Positions 1 to 11,979 of a stretch of 32,592 bases of DNA are shown one piece after another. The stretch comes from Intoshia linei. Lineage: Eukaryota; Animalia; Orthonectida. Location: assembly GCA_001642005.1 (NCBI GenBank), contig LWCA01000317.1:1-32592 (forward strand), written 5' to 3'. The position numbers and the translations under genes were made by a program. Each line of letters opens with the position of its first letter. Within the stretch, counting starts at the first letter, position 1. The notes under the pieces are model-generated. The model saw nothing but the letters and a program-made list of their open reading frames with translations. It was not told the origin of the DNA and did not search any database.

Positions 1-880
1 ACTAAAATACTTTTTTGACCGTGAAGTCGTCACTTATTCGGATTGAAATTTTTTTGTGTGTTTTAACAGGATACAACTGTACCACCTGTAAATTTTTTGA
101 ATTATTAAAAATGATATAATTATATAATAATTTTAATTAAAATTAAAATATATTTATTTTATATAAATAATTATTATAAATTCTAAAGCTATTCTATTCT
201 ATTCATTAAAAAAGAAGGTTAATTTGGGGTTTTGGCCCTGAAAATATAATTTTTTTAAATTTAAATTTATGGTAATGTTTATGATTTTGAAATCCTTACC
301 AGCGTATATATTTTTCAAATTCTCCAACTGGTTTGATTTTCAAAAAGAGGGACAATTTAGGTTTTTGACCCGTAATATGTGAGTTTGGGAGATTGAAATT
401 ATGTTTGCGAACTCCCCTGGAATAAACTGTAATTGAAATGTGGACTTTATAAAATTCTAAGACGGTTAGTTATTTAAATAAAGCTAAATACACACAAACC
501 AAATTCGCGTAGCATATTATATAAGTTAGCATATCCAGTTAGAACACAAAAAATTTTAGTCTCACAAAGATACTCTTTCAGGTTTAAAAAAGACTTTGGT
601 ATTCATTTTTTTTGTAATTATTTTATACATTTTTTCATTTTTTAAATAACGGGTAATTTAGGGAATTGAGCATGAAGGTGTAAGTTTACGAGGTTGAGAA
701 TTACAAATAGTAATGTTATTAATTCTACGCCTGATTTTTTTATTTATAAAAAAAGGTAATTTCTGTTTTTGATCCTGAAATTCGATTCAATTTCAAAAAT
801 AACATTTACGATAAAACATGACTCTAAAAAAAATGTATTATATATTTGGGTTTTTTAATTCTACGCATTTTAATTTATTC
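1..880 (+). repeat. Dispersed repeat family A (Helitron/HINE-like, ~130-bp degenerate internal units), truncated by window start
   Basis: 1-100 and 215-470 closely match 13835-14200 and 9416-9760 (actaaaatacttttttgaccgtgaagtcgtcacttattcggattgaaatt...). The end motif cacacaaaccaaattcgcgtagc lies at ~491-513, and further diverged units follow to ~880. Confidence 0.8.
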
Positions 881-1565
881 ATTAAACAGAACACCCATAC
901 ATTACATTTTATATCCAATAAGTAAGTAAAAGATTCTCATGTCATACCTAATATTAAGAAAATCTGTACAAATCTTCAGGCTTGGTGATATCATTAATTT
1001 TGTACAATAACTAATTATTATAATTAGCTCGAGTTTCGATAATAAAAGATTTCGATTTGTGATTTATTAGAAAATTATAGTTTTTAGTAAAAAATAGTCA
1101 TTGAATTAATAATAATTATTTTTTGGTTAAACTGTTATATCAACCCCAAAAGAAATTGACCGTACTTTCATATTTTGAAGTGGAATCTGGGGTTTTTTAA
1201 TAGTGAAAGTGGAGCCTATCCTAAAAAAAGTTGGAAAACTAACTAATTACTAAATAATTATGTAAATTAAAAGTAAAAAATATAACTCAATTATAATTAT
1301 TTATTTTACAAAATAATAAACGTTAAATTTAATAATTCTCAAATATCGTTCGCTTTATTTAAATTGCCCCTAAGATATTTTATCGCCCCTTATTGCCGAT
1401 TGATGAAATTGTAAATAGTGGTATTTTCTTTATTAATGTTAGAGTATATATTTAGTATCTGCTTTCAATAAGTACAAAATATTTTTTATCAATAATTAAT
1501 GGATTCAGAACATTAAAAACATATTTTGGATCAATTTTACGTATATTGTAATAAATTATTACTAT

Positions 1566-3016
1566 TAGAGAAAATTAAAATTATAATTTTCATTGTGCTT
1601 TCTTTACATTTTAATTATGCAATCAATAATAATTATCATGATATTACTGTGAATTCAAAATATGTCAATCTCATAAAATAAATTACTTATTTATATGAAT
1701 AAATATAAAAAAGATAGTAACAAAGTTATAGTTCAAGTTATTCTAAAATTTTTCAAAATGAAAAATTGCGTAGTAATGAATAAAAATCTGAAAGAATCAA
1801 TTATATAGATTTTCACCCTTATTTCTTTATTGAAAATTTGTTCACGTTCAATGCACATTTTTTTTTGAAATTGTAGGATCAATATTTACATTTTCAATTT
1901 TTATTTTTATCAAAATACATAATAATGTATTTGAAAAATATTATATGATAATATATTAAAAATTATTTTTGACCAGGAATGCGTAGATTTATGGAGTTGA
2001 AATTTTGTATTTATGTCAACTGGAATAAGTTGTAATAGATAAATCTTTTGTTTAATTATACGACTGTTAATTATTTCAAATTTTTTGTTTTAATATATCA
2101 AATAATTTTAAAATAAAAAAAAATGAATACTAAAGTGTTTTTTTAACCGTGAAGGAGTCACTTTGTCAGATTGACATTTTTTTAGCGTGTGAAATGGATA
2201 TAACTATCAACTATAATGTTTTTTAAAATTGTAGGATTATTTTCATTTTTTAAAAAAGGGTAATCTGGTGTTTTGATAGTGAAAAATAACTTTTTTGTGT
2301 TTGAAATTTATGAAATGTTTATGATTTTAAAAACTATACCACAATATATGGTGTATAAAATTCTAGGAAATTTTTCATTATAAAAAAAAAAGATAATTGG
2401 GGTTTTAACCTTGAAAGACTCAATTTCTGAAAATAAAATTTGCGATAAAATATCACCTTTTAAAATCTGTAATAGAAATATGACATTTTTAAAATTTTAC
2501 TCCTTTACTTTCTCAAAGCTGGCACAGGCAGACAGACATATAGACAGATAGATAAATAAACAGACATACATTTTTAATACATTTTTAACTAAATTAGTTT
2601 ATGTAAATAAGGATTGTTATAGAATCAATAAAATTGTTGATAAATTTCTCTAATAAAAAAGATTTTCATATCAATTGTTACATTCCCTGAATAATATGTT
2701 TTGTCAACCACTGCAGTGCATTTAGTGCTACTAAAATTCAAATAAAAATTTTTTAACTTAAAAAATAAACAAAGCGTCAATACAACCTAAAACTAGTACT
2801 AATCTAAAATATGTCTAGCAAGATTATTTTAATTGAATATTTTAGGAAATTAATCAATGCGGTAACATTTAAATTGATTATATTGAAAAATTGTATAAAT
2901 AATAATATAAACATGTGAATCAAAAAAATTAAACAGTAATATCATGATAATTATTATTGATTGCATAATTAAAGTGTAAAGAAAGCACAATGAAAATTAA
3001 ATTTTAATTTTCTCTA
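1566..3016. mobile_element. Long-inverted-repeat (foldback/Mutator-like) non-autonomous element enclosing a family A copy
   Basis: 1566-1650 (tagagaaaattaaaattataattttcattgtgctttctttacattttaattatgcaatcaataataattatcatgatattactgt) is a near-perfect reverse complement of 2933-3016. No clear TSD. Confidence 0.65.
1760..2580 (+). repeat. Repeat family A, diverged copy ending in a (GACA)n-like tract
   Basis: aaaaattgcgtag...aattatatagattttcaccc...ttcaatgcacattttttt matches 9125-9210 and 13485-13590; cagacagacatatagacagata at ~2530-2550. Confidence 0.75.
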
Positions 3017-3665
3017 CATGTTAAATAATTAAATGAAAGTCCAGAAAAAAATATCGATTAAATCTTGAAAATATGCTCATATGAAGCATTTTGGTTATAT
3101 TTGTTAATAAATCCAATTAATCAAATTTAAATTATTTATTCACATTATTTATTTTAAATGTAAATACCTTTAGTGAGATTAAATTAATACCTAAATATAC
3201 ATCTTGACCTGAGAAAAATATAAGTAACTTGGATTTTGTAGCACAATAATTATTGGAAACCTTTATTTGTCTATCATAAACGCTGTTAAAATAAAAATTG
3301 ACAAAAAATCAATAATGTTTCAGACTTGTGTACTTTTTAAAAATTATAGATATGCAAGTATTGGTATATTTATTATTTTCTATAACATTGCAACATTAAA
3401 TTAATGTATGCCAAAGTGAAATAAAATTAAAATGCAATTTATAAAAATTTACCCACGTAGATGTGTATTTAATCATGTCAATTTTAGAAACTGTAGAGAC
3501 TTGTCAACATACTCTCATAATTTGACAATTGGTGCCCATTTCAAGTTGGTATTCCAATGGCCAAACCTGTATTTTATTGGACATGTCAAATATCATTATA
3601 TATAAATTAAATCAATATACACATTTTTCATTTCTTGTAATCAAACTTAAACAAAATATCCAAGC

Positions 3666-4997
3666 ATGGATCGTCTTTTCAAGTCATTGTTGAGTATAAA
3701 GGAAATAAAAATACGAGTAGACGATGATTATGTTGATAGGATAAGTAGACAATATTCCGTCATCATTTTAATTTTTTTTTCCTTTATTGTCAGTACAAAA
3801 CAATTTGTTGGAACTCCAATTTCTTGTTGGTGTCCAGCGCAATTTACACCTTCACACCGTGAATATACAAATACAATATGCTGGGTATCCAATACATACT
3901 ATTTACCTCTAGAACAAACCATACCTTCTGATAAATACAGATTACACGCTACCCGTCCTATGGTATCATATTATCAATGGGTTCCTTTGATTCTCATGCT
4001 TGAAGCAGTAATGTCATTTATACCTTGCGTAATTTGGCGTTTTTTGAATAAACGGTCCGGTATAAACATTGCCACCATAATGGAAGCTGGTGTAGCCTGT
4101 CAAAGAGCTTCTTATTTAGAAATACGAGACAAGACTATACGCTACATTGTCTCTCAAATTGACAGATTCCTATTAGCTCAACGTGACCACCGCTCTCCCA
4201 ATTGCTGCCTGAAAGCTAAACTTGCGTCTTCAAGATTTTGTTGCATTATCGGTGGCAAACATTATGGTAATTATCTCTTTACCACATATCTCATCATCAA
4301 ACTTATATATGCCATAAATTCCATTGGTCAATTATTTCTGCTATCATCTTTCCTAAATATCAATTTCCAATGGTACGGTGCAATGGTTTTAAGTAAACTT
4401 ATTACTGGTCAAGACTGGTCTACATCCAATCGATTTCCACGCGTAACTTTGTGTGATTTTGAAATTCGCCATCAATCTCGATTACATAATTATGTTGTAC
4501 AGTGCGTTTTAACTATCAACCTGTTTAATGAAAAAATTTTCATTTTTATATGGTTCTGGTTTGTTTTTGTATCAATTGTTACTATAACAAGTCTGTCCAG
4601 ATGGATTTGGACAGCTTTATATTGGCCTGTTCAAGTCAGATATGTTAGAGAAAGAATAAGAGTATTTGACTATGCACAAAGAGATAATGGTATTCTCAAC
4701 AAATTCACTCAACATTATCTTAGAAGAGACGGAATATTCATTATTCGCCTTTTAGGTCAATATATAGGCGATCTTGTTGCCGCTGAAGTTTTAGCCTCAT
4801 TGTGGAATAATTATACGCCTGAAAGACGCCTTTTGGCTGAAAAACCTACTGATATCCTTGTACAAAGACACTACAATAAAAATAAATTTATTCCTACCGA
4901 TAAATCTAAAAAACAAACAAAAACTATACCTGTTAAACCCTCCGCACCTGATAAATCAAAACAAAAATCTCAAGTCCAACGACTCGACGTTGTATAA
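3666..4997 (+). CDS. inx: Innexin (invertebrate gap-junction/hemichannel subunit), 443 aa, single coding exon
   Basis: Uninterrupted ORF with innexin hallmarks: DDDYVDR, KQFVGTPISCWCPAQF...NTICW (loop 1 Cys), SYYQWVP before TM2, FPRVTLCDF...QCVLTINLFNEKIFIFIWFW (loop 2 Cys), FTQHYLRRDGIF, four hydrophobic segments and a Lys-rich tail. The specific paralog cannot be assigned. Confidence 0.98.
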   Translation: MDRLFKSLLSIKEIKIRVDDDYVDRISRQYSVIILIFFSFIVSTKQFVGTPISCWCPAQFTPSHREYTNTICWVSNTYYLPLEQTIPSDKYRLHATRPMVSYYQWVPLILMLEAVMSFIPCVIWRFLNKRSGINIATIMEAGVACQRASYLEIRDKTIRYIVSQIDRFLLAQRDHRSPNCCLKAKLASSRFCCIIGGKHYGNYLFTTYLIIKLIYAINSIGQLFLLSSFLNINFQWYGAMVLSKLITGQDWSTSNRFPRVTLCDFEIRHQSRLHNYVVQCVLTINLFNEKIFIFIWFWFVFVSIVTITSLSRWIWTALYWPVQVRYVRERIRVFDYAQRDNGILNKFTQHYLRRDGIFIIRLLGQYIGDLVAAEVLASLWNNYTPERRLLAEKPTDILVQRHYNKNKFIPTDKSKKQTKTIPVKPSAPDKSKQKSQVQRLDVV

Positions 4998-5403
4998 AGT
5001 AATTTTTTTTTTCATTGTAATAATAATTCTGGTAGTCTAGGTATTTTGTTAAAATAGAAAACATTATATGTCCTTAATCCAGTTCCGCATCTACTAGAGA
5101 CCCCACTTTGAGTGATGCGACAAAGTTTAAATTTTAAAATGTCGAGTCAAGAACTTGGAAGGGTGGCTAATGATATAAAACACTACACATTGTTTGCAAA
5201 TTTTTTAAAGCTTATTTTTCATTTTCTGTGGCCTCGAGCTCATAGGTCCTACTCTTTTTTTTTTTTTTTAATTTGTAGAATTAATATTTAAATTTTTATT
5301 TTTAATATATCAAAATTCAAAATTTTTTAAAATATCGGATGATAATTATCATTATTATTATAATAATATATTATAATTAGATTTTGACAGTGAATATATA
5401 CAT

Positions 5404-6018
5404 TAGGGTGTCACATTTTTTAAATTTTTAGAATTTAATGGGTGATTAGTACTCAATGTGTGTATTTTTAAAATAGAAGCACTATGTCGCAATTAAAAAT
5501 ATCTAATGATACTTATCCGAGTTGAGCTCATCATTTTAAATATCATTTTGAAAATCGTATAGAAAAATTTTAATGTAACTATTTTTTTCCAAAAACTACA
5601 TTATGCAACGTTGTCATGGTTTATATTTTATGATTTCAACACCCACGCTTAACTATACATTTTAATTTTTAAAATTTAATTCTAGCTTAATTTTTGTGGT
5701 TTTTATCGACGTTCAAATTTCGGTTATTTATGCAATAATGTTTATAGACTAAATCAATTATCGTTATAAAACCATTTTTGCAGCAATAGTAGTATAAATG
5801 CAATCAATTGCGACACATCACGACAATGATTGTTAACCTTTTGATTAAAATTGTTAAAAATTTACATAAAATAAATTAAAATTTTCGTTTAGTTTTTTGT
5901 TGAGCGCAACTCGAATCGGCATCTTTGCAACACCTCATTCTAGATTATTTTATATATCATGATAATACACCATTTTCGCACTAATCGCCCTTAATTCTTT
6001 GATAGGTGTGATAGCCTA
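5404..6018. mobile_element. hAT-superfamily (TAGGG-ended, hATm-like) MITE, 615 bp
   Basis: TIRs TAGGGTGTCACA and TGTGATAGCCTA (10/12 match), with a perfect 8-bp TSD ATATACAT at 5396-5403 and 6019-6026. Confidence 0.8.
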
Positions 6019-8010
6019 ATATACATTTTACAATGTATATTTTGGAGATGAAAAACTGACTTGGTAGTGGTGTTTTTTAAATTTCAGGGACTGTCAGTTT
6101 TATAAATAAATCGTTAAAAACGTAAATAAACATCTGATAATTAATATATGATATACTATAATATGATATAATTTAAAAGTTTTTAAATGAAGCACAATGT
6201 TATATAGCTTCTAACCACTTCTCCGTGAACCCGGTTAGCATTTACAATATTGAAAATATGTCGTTTAATCAATGTTCAATTGGGAAAAATGAGGTACGCG
6301 GAGTTGTCTAAAAATTATTGGTGGTAGAATGCAAGAACATTTTTGACCTAAATATGCAATGTGCTGAGATTAACCTTTATGATGAACGGAAGGCAGAAAG
6401 TAACAGTTTTAGATTTTGTTTTAATTCTAGGAGTCGTAGTTTTTCGAATAAATGATAACATAGACACACAAACGTTCAATTTTTATATACTACGTATCAT
6501 ATTATTTAAGCTATTTTAGATGTAGTAAGGAATCCTTACTAAGGATTCCAAATTTTGTATAACGTTTTATATATAGTGTGCGCGATGCGCATAGTAGGTT
6601 AGGTTTTAGAAAACCTTTTGTTTAGTTTTTTGTATATCAGTAAATACAATATTTAACAATTGTTTCAAAAATTCATCCAAAAATAGACTGAACTATTAAG
6701 ACAAATAATTTTAGATACTCAGGGACCCTCAATATCAGGTGAATCACCCTGAATTAGGGTGTATTATATTTTGCATAGTAGTGTATTTTTGAATGATTCA
6801 TATAGTAATCATTAGATGTGAAATCTTTAGTACTCAGTGATCACTGATCACTGATTAGCTGTCCCTATTGGATAAAAATTTTCAATTTTAAAATGTACAA
6901 TCTACATTGTACATCCCATTAAACAATTAATATATAAACACATTTTTTTAATTTTCAAGTGTTCTCTCACATTGATTACTTCTGGCCTAATTATAAATAA
7001 TTTAATAAAATTAAATTGTTTAATTTTAAACATACTTTTAGATTTCCAAAAATATATCAAGATATAAGTAAATTTATTAATATTGAATATTTATTTATCG
7101 TAGTCTGTTATCACCATTTTATAAATAAAATGTTACACATCAATTTTATAAAAGTTTAAAAAGGTCCCAATTAAAATGCGACTAATTGCATATTCTAAAA
7201 CAGCATGAATCTCAAAACCACACATCAAAGAAAATCTACCTATTTTTCGTACTCAACAACAAATGAAATAACGTCAAAGTATATGTAATGTAGATGGTAA
7301 CAAACATTTACATAAATCTATAAAAATTATTTAAATTATCAAATTGTTAATAAAAATTCAAAATTTTAACAAAAAATCAATTCCCCATTACAGAAGAAAC
7401 AATCGCTTAATCAAGCTGAATAAGTACACTTAATATAAATTTAATGAGTAATTATAGTTATATATCCCTTAATTTAACATTTCGGTACATTATCACATTT
7501 ACATTATGTATATGTAATGAAATTTGTAACGCAGGGATCTCATTCTGATGCCTGTGGCATTAAAGTATTAATTAGACGACTGAGGTGTAAGAAAGATAAT
7601 AAAAATAATGCTTCAACTATACATAAATTATATCTACATCCATGTATTTACTTTCTCTAAAGTAATTAATGATCTCTACTTTAACCGTACTATATCAAGC
7701 CAGATCACGTAAATGACTAAATTCACTTTCATAGTTTTTGGGTGAGTCTATTTACTATATATTTATTATGTATCCATTGTGGTCCAATAAATATGATAGT
7801 ATTATGTTTAGCACACAGTGTACCTCAGATTGGGATTATTAACACGATAAAAGCAAACGATGAATAATATTTACTTAATTATGGTCATTGTAAAGTTAGA
7901 CTTCAATTACGTACTTTAAACTCACGTCTCTACCTGTAATAATAATTAAAAGACGTAAACTATCATATATGTTTATCAAAAAGGTTTATTTAAAAAATTT
8001 AACAATTTCA

Positions 8011-11000
8011 TCAAGACGAATCGTTAGTATACTTATTGTATTTATCTAAAATTAAAAAATTTTTCTCTTCATAATCTTCCACCTTTAATTTCAACAGCCA
8101 ACCTAAAAGTAAATGTTACAATTTATTTGAAGTTTCAGTCAATGACAATAATTGTATCTTAGAATAAGAATTACGTAGAAATTTAAATGTACGATTACAC
8201 ATGTTATTGATATACTATATTGAATTATAATTATTTATGATGACAAGAAATAATAAAATTCAATATTTGAGTTGAATTAGTGAATCTTAAATTATTAATG
8301 TTTGACTGTTATCTACTACTCTACTACGTACAAACAGCAACCAGCTCTGCCGTTTTAATTCTACCAAAAAAATAAATTCACGTTGAAAATCTAACTTAAA
8401 AATCCTACTATTCACTATTATCCATAAACAAGTGGTTCCCAAACTTGTTTCAGGTGGAACCATCATATGACATTACTATTGAAAATCTAACTTAAAAATC
8501 CTACTATTCACTATTATCAATTCTTTAAAGGAAAAAATAAATTCACGTTGAAAATCTAATTTAAAAATCCTACTATTCACTATTATCAATCCTTTAAAGG
8601 AGTGGTTCCCAAATTTGTTTGAGGTGGAACCGTCATATCACATTACTTTTTATTTTAAAGTGAATTATTCCATCTTAATTTTGTTTTGTTAACATTTGCA
8701 TAAAGAATTTTAAAAACAATTGTTATCCCATTTTTTTAATTTATTAGGCAGAATGTGTATATAATATTAAATTTAGAGTTAAAAAACAGTCTAATCCTAA
8801 AAATTGTCTTAAATAGCATAAATTCCAGTAAAAATAAAATTATAAAAACCTATTTTGTCAATTTCAATGTGATAATATATATGATGATAATTTGATGATG
8901 ATGTGATGATTCAGTACCAATTTATAAATACTTAAAAATACCAATTATGTATCAATAATTAACCGAATCTTCACTTTATAAATATATTTTCGGCGAATTT
9001 TACCAATATTGCAAATGATTGTCATTAATATAAAAATAATAATAACAAAGTTGTATTACTTTTAGTTTCGTTGTTGTAGTTTAAATTTGAACAATATGTT
9101 TTAAAAATGAGAATTTGAAATTTAAAAATTGCGAAGGAATGAATTATATAGATTTTCACCCATTATTCTTTATTGGAAATGTGTAGACGTTCAATGCACA
9201 TTTTTTTTGAAATTGGATCAATATTTACATTTTCAATTTTTATTATAATCGAAATATTTGAAAAATATTGGTTGATAATATATTAAAAATTATTTTTCAC
9301 CGGGAATGTGTGGAATTCTGGGGTTGAAATTTTGTATTTATATCAACTGGAATAAGCTCTATCAGAATAATATTTTTTTTGTTAATAAAATATTTCGAAA
9401 AAAAAATATATGAATACTAAAATCCTGTTTTGACTGTGAAGTCGTCACTTATTCGGATTGAAATTTTTTATGTGTGTTAACAGGGTACAATATACGACCT
9501 GTAATTTTTTTTAAATTCTAGGCTGTTTTCATTAAAAAAAAGTAATTTGTGGTTTTGGCCTTGAAGATAAATTTTTTTTAAATTTAAATTGAGGATAATA
9601 TTTAAGATTTTAAAATCCATATCAGAGTGTATATTTTTCTAAAGTATAATTGGCTTTTTGACCAGTAAGATGTGGATTTAGGAGGTTGAAATTTATCCTA
9701 ACACCCAGAAAAGACTGTAATAGAAATGTGGACTTTATAAAATTCTAAGACTGGTAGTTATTGAATTAAACGATAACACACACATACACAGACTAACAAA
9801 TATAAGTAAGGATTATATTTTTTCCAAGTGTTTTTTTACAATTGTCTATTAATTTAATTTTTTTAAAATCTGATTTATAATTCTTTCAATTTTATTGTAA
9901 AAATATTTGATAATTTTTCAATATTTGTCAACTCGAAACATTGGTAAATTAAAGAGATACTACTGAATATGGAGTCGTCTGCCTTCGATTGAGCTAGATA
10001 CTCTTTGCACGCAGTAGATGACTTAAGTTGGTCAAAAATAACAGGAAATTTTGACTAAATTATAATTTATTAAATTTATCAATAATTATTGAAAGATAGA
10101 CTATTAAATAAATATGAATAGTATATCACCTTTAGTAAAATAAAATTTGTATTTACAATCACTTCTTCACATTGAATAACATGAACTGAAACTCCAAACG
10201 TGTTGTAAAATATACAATTATATAATTCACAATATTAATTGAACAGTATGTTTCCTATCAATTTTTTAATTCTGATAATACCTTGTCCATAACAATCTTT
10301 GTTAATAACGCTAGGTTTCGATTCAATCAGCTCATTCGTTTCAATAACTTCACCATTAAACGGAGAAGATAATCCAGTAGCAGCTTTGGCACTTTCTATG
10401 GCCAACAATTCATCTAAAATTATATATGCAAAACAAATTAATTTATTTAAAATATAATAGATCAATGTATTTTAAGACTTTCAGGGTACTACATTTTGTA
10501 GACTTGTGTCAAAAAGTTTGAAGTTTGACTCTATACGATCCATTAATTATTCAGTAACAATCGTTCACGAAACATAATCGGAGCACGAACACCAACTTGG
10601 AATCCTACCGAATCATGTTTCCAGTCGCTTTGAGGACATTTTAACATTTCGTATTCACGCTTGTGCTCGTGTTTGAATTAAATTTAATTAAAATCTTAAT
10701 CTCAGCCTATGACTGAACGATATGTATCGATATTGATATTTTAAGGATGTCGATATTTATGCATATCACGTAATTTAATGTAATTTTAGTAAAAATACTT
10801 TTCTATCATAAATTAAAAAAAAAATACTATTATGCTTTATTAATACTCCAACATCTGGTAATTGAACATATACAATGTCTCCCAATTGATTTTGTAGATA
10901 ATCAGTGATACCAATCACTAATTGTGAATTTTCTGACCGTATCCATAAATGATCTTTTGTAAAACGTACATCTAATAAAAATAATATAAATACAAATAAC

Positions 11001-11417
11001 CATCGATTAGTGACGTAAATGACTCTAGGAATATATCTTAATAATCCAAGTTAAGTGATGTAAATAAGATACCGGGTACTGATAATCGCTAAATGAAATC
11101 AATTTAAAAGAATTCTATATTTATATTGCATTGTACACCTTTTCTATGGTCTATGGGCCGATTCTTCTAGATTTTATTTTCTCAACCCAATTTTAAAAAA
11201 AAATAAAAAGATTATAATCTACTTATTTAAAATGAAAATTTATAAAATGTGCATTATATATGATTATGATTATACTTGAACTTGAATTATAGATTGATCT
11301 TGCAACTGAATTATTATATTTTCCACAATTTAATAATTTTTTGTTATTTGAATATAATGATCTATTAATAACGCTTAGTTTCGATGAAACAGATTTAAAA
11401 ACATTACAAATTGGCAT
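8011..11417 (-). CDS. GCSH: Glycine cleavage system H protein, mitochondrial precursor, 4 exons, 169 aa
   Basis: complement(join(8011..8102,10282..10413,10828..10971,11276..11417)); all introns GT-AG and phase 1; 510 nt. Translation: acid-free presequence MPICNVFKSVSSKLSVINRS..., then VRFTKDHLWI...IGITDYLQNQLGDIVYVQLPDVG...LAIESAKAATGLSSPFNGEVIETNELIESKPSVINKDCYGQGWLLKLKV...*. The lipoyl-lysine motif is ES-A-K-AA. Exon 1 is the least certain. Confidence 0.95.
8303..8690 (+). repeat. Repeat family B with internal tandem duplications, containing hAT-type end sequence AGTGGTTCCCAAA twice
   Basis: gactgtta..tactacgtacaaacagc..ctaccaaaaaaataaattcacgttgaaaat..ctattcactattatc..agtggttcccaaacttgtttcaggtggaacc is shared with 12585-12775 and 31730-31950. 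The subunit gaaaatctaacttaaaaatcctactattcactattatc occurs three times. Confidence 0.85.
9050..9810 (+). repeat. Repeat family A copy in GCSH intron 3
   Basis: Colinear with 13422-14200 from tattacttttagtttcgttgttgtagt to gactttataaaattctaaga, then acacacacatacacagac. Confidence 0.85.
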
Positions 11418-11966
11418 TATATTTTTATTTTCACAATTATCAAACAAAAAAGTTATTTACATGTTAATTTTATCACTTACATAAATGTCAGTCAGATCTC
11501 TCAATAGCACCACTATATTTATTATTATTTTACTATATGACTGCTTATTAATGCATAGTAACCGTATCTATGATATATTCGCTACAATGTTATACTTTCA
11601 ATACCGCCATAAACATCGAAATAACAAAAATATCGGTATTGAGAGGTCTGACTGTATTTCCATTTATATTAGCTGAAGACTCAAGATATTAGAAATTTTC
11701 ATTGTTATATACCAGAGGTTCTCATACTTTTTCACAGCGGACCGGTAGTAAATTATAAGCTTTATCATGCAAAGCAAAATTACTACGCAACATTAAAAAA
11801 AATTTCGTTCTGAAATCCGAATTTATATGAACCATTTCCAGTGAACAATGCGCGTTGCACAATGTGAATTTCAGATGAATACTGTGTATATGAGAACAAA
11901 GTACAAGTGTATAAGATAATGCATTAACATTAACAATTTTTATATCTATGCAATACAAAATATATT

Positions 11967-11979
11967 GTTGATAAACAAC
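11967..11979. promoter_or_regulatory. Candidate RFX X-box overlapping a forkhead (FOXJ1-type) TAAACAA core
   Basis: GTTGATAAACAAC is an imperfect palindrome resembling the X-box GTNRCC-N0-3-RGYAAC and contains TAAACAA. It ends 47 bp upstream of the DNAAF3 ATG. Confidence 0.45.

Noticed and set aside
8385-8600. Three ~38-bp direct repeats with spacers, superficially CRISPR-like
   Set aside because: Eukaryotic context, spacers are themselves family B sequence with unequal lengths, and there are no cas genes.
10485-10690. GC-richer intronic segment considered as snoRNA/ncRNA (also 5075-5125, 6205-6400, 9965-10040, 25845-25925)
   Set aside because: No convincing C/D or H/ACA boxes, cloverleaf or known RNA motif could be identified by eye; an Rfam search would be required.
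11485-11958. Short ORFs in the GCSH-DNAAF3 spacer
   Set aside because: No homology or splice context; lengths are expected by chance.
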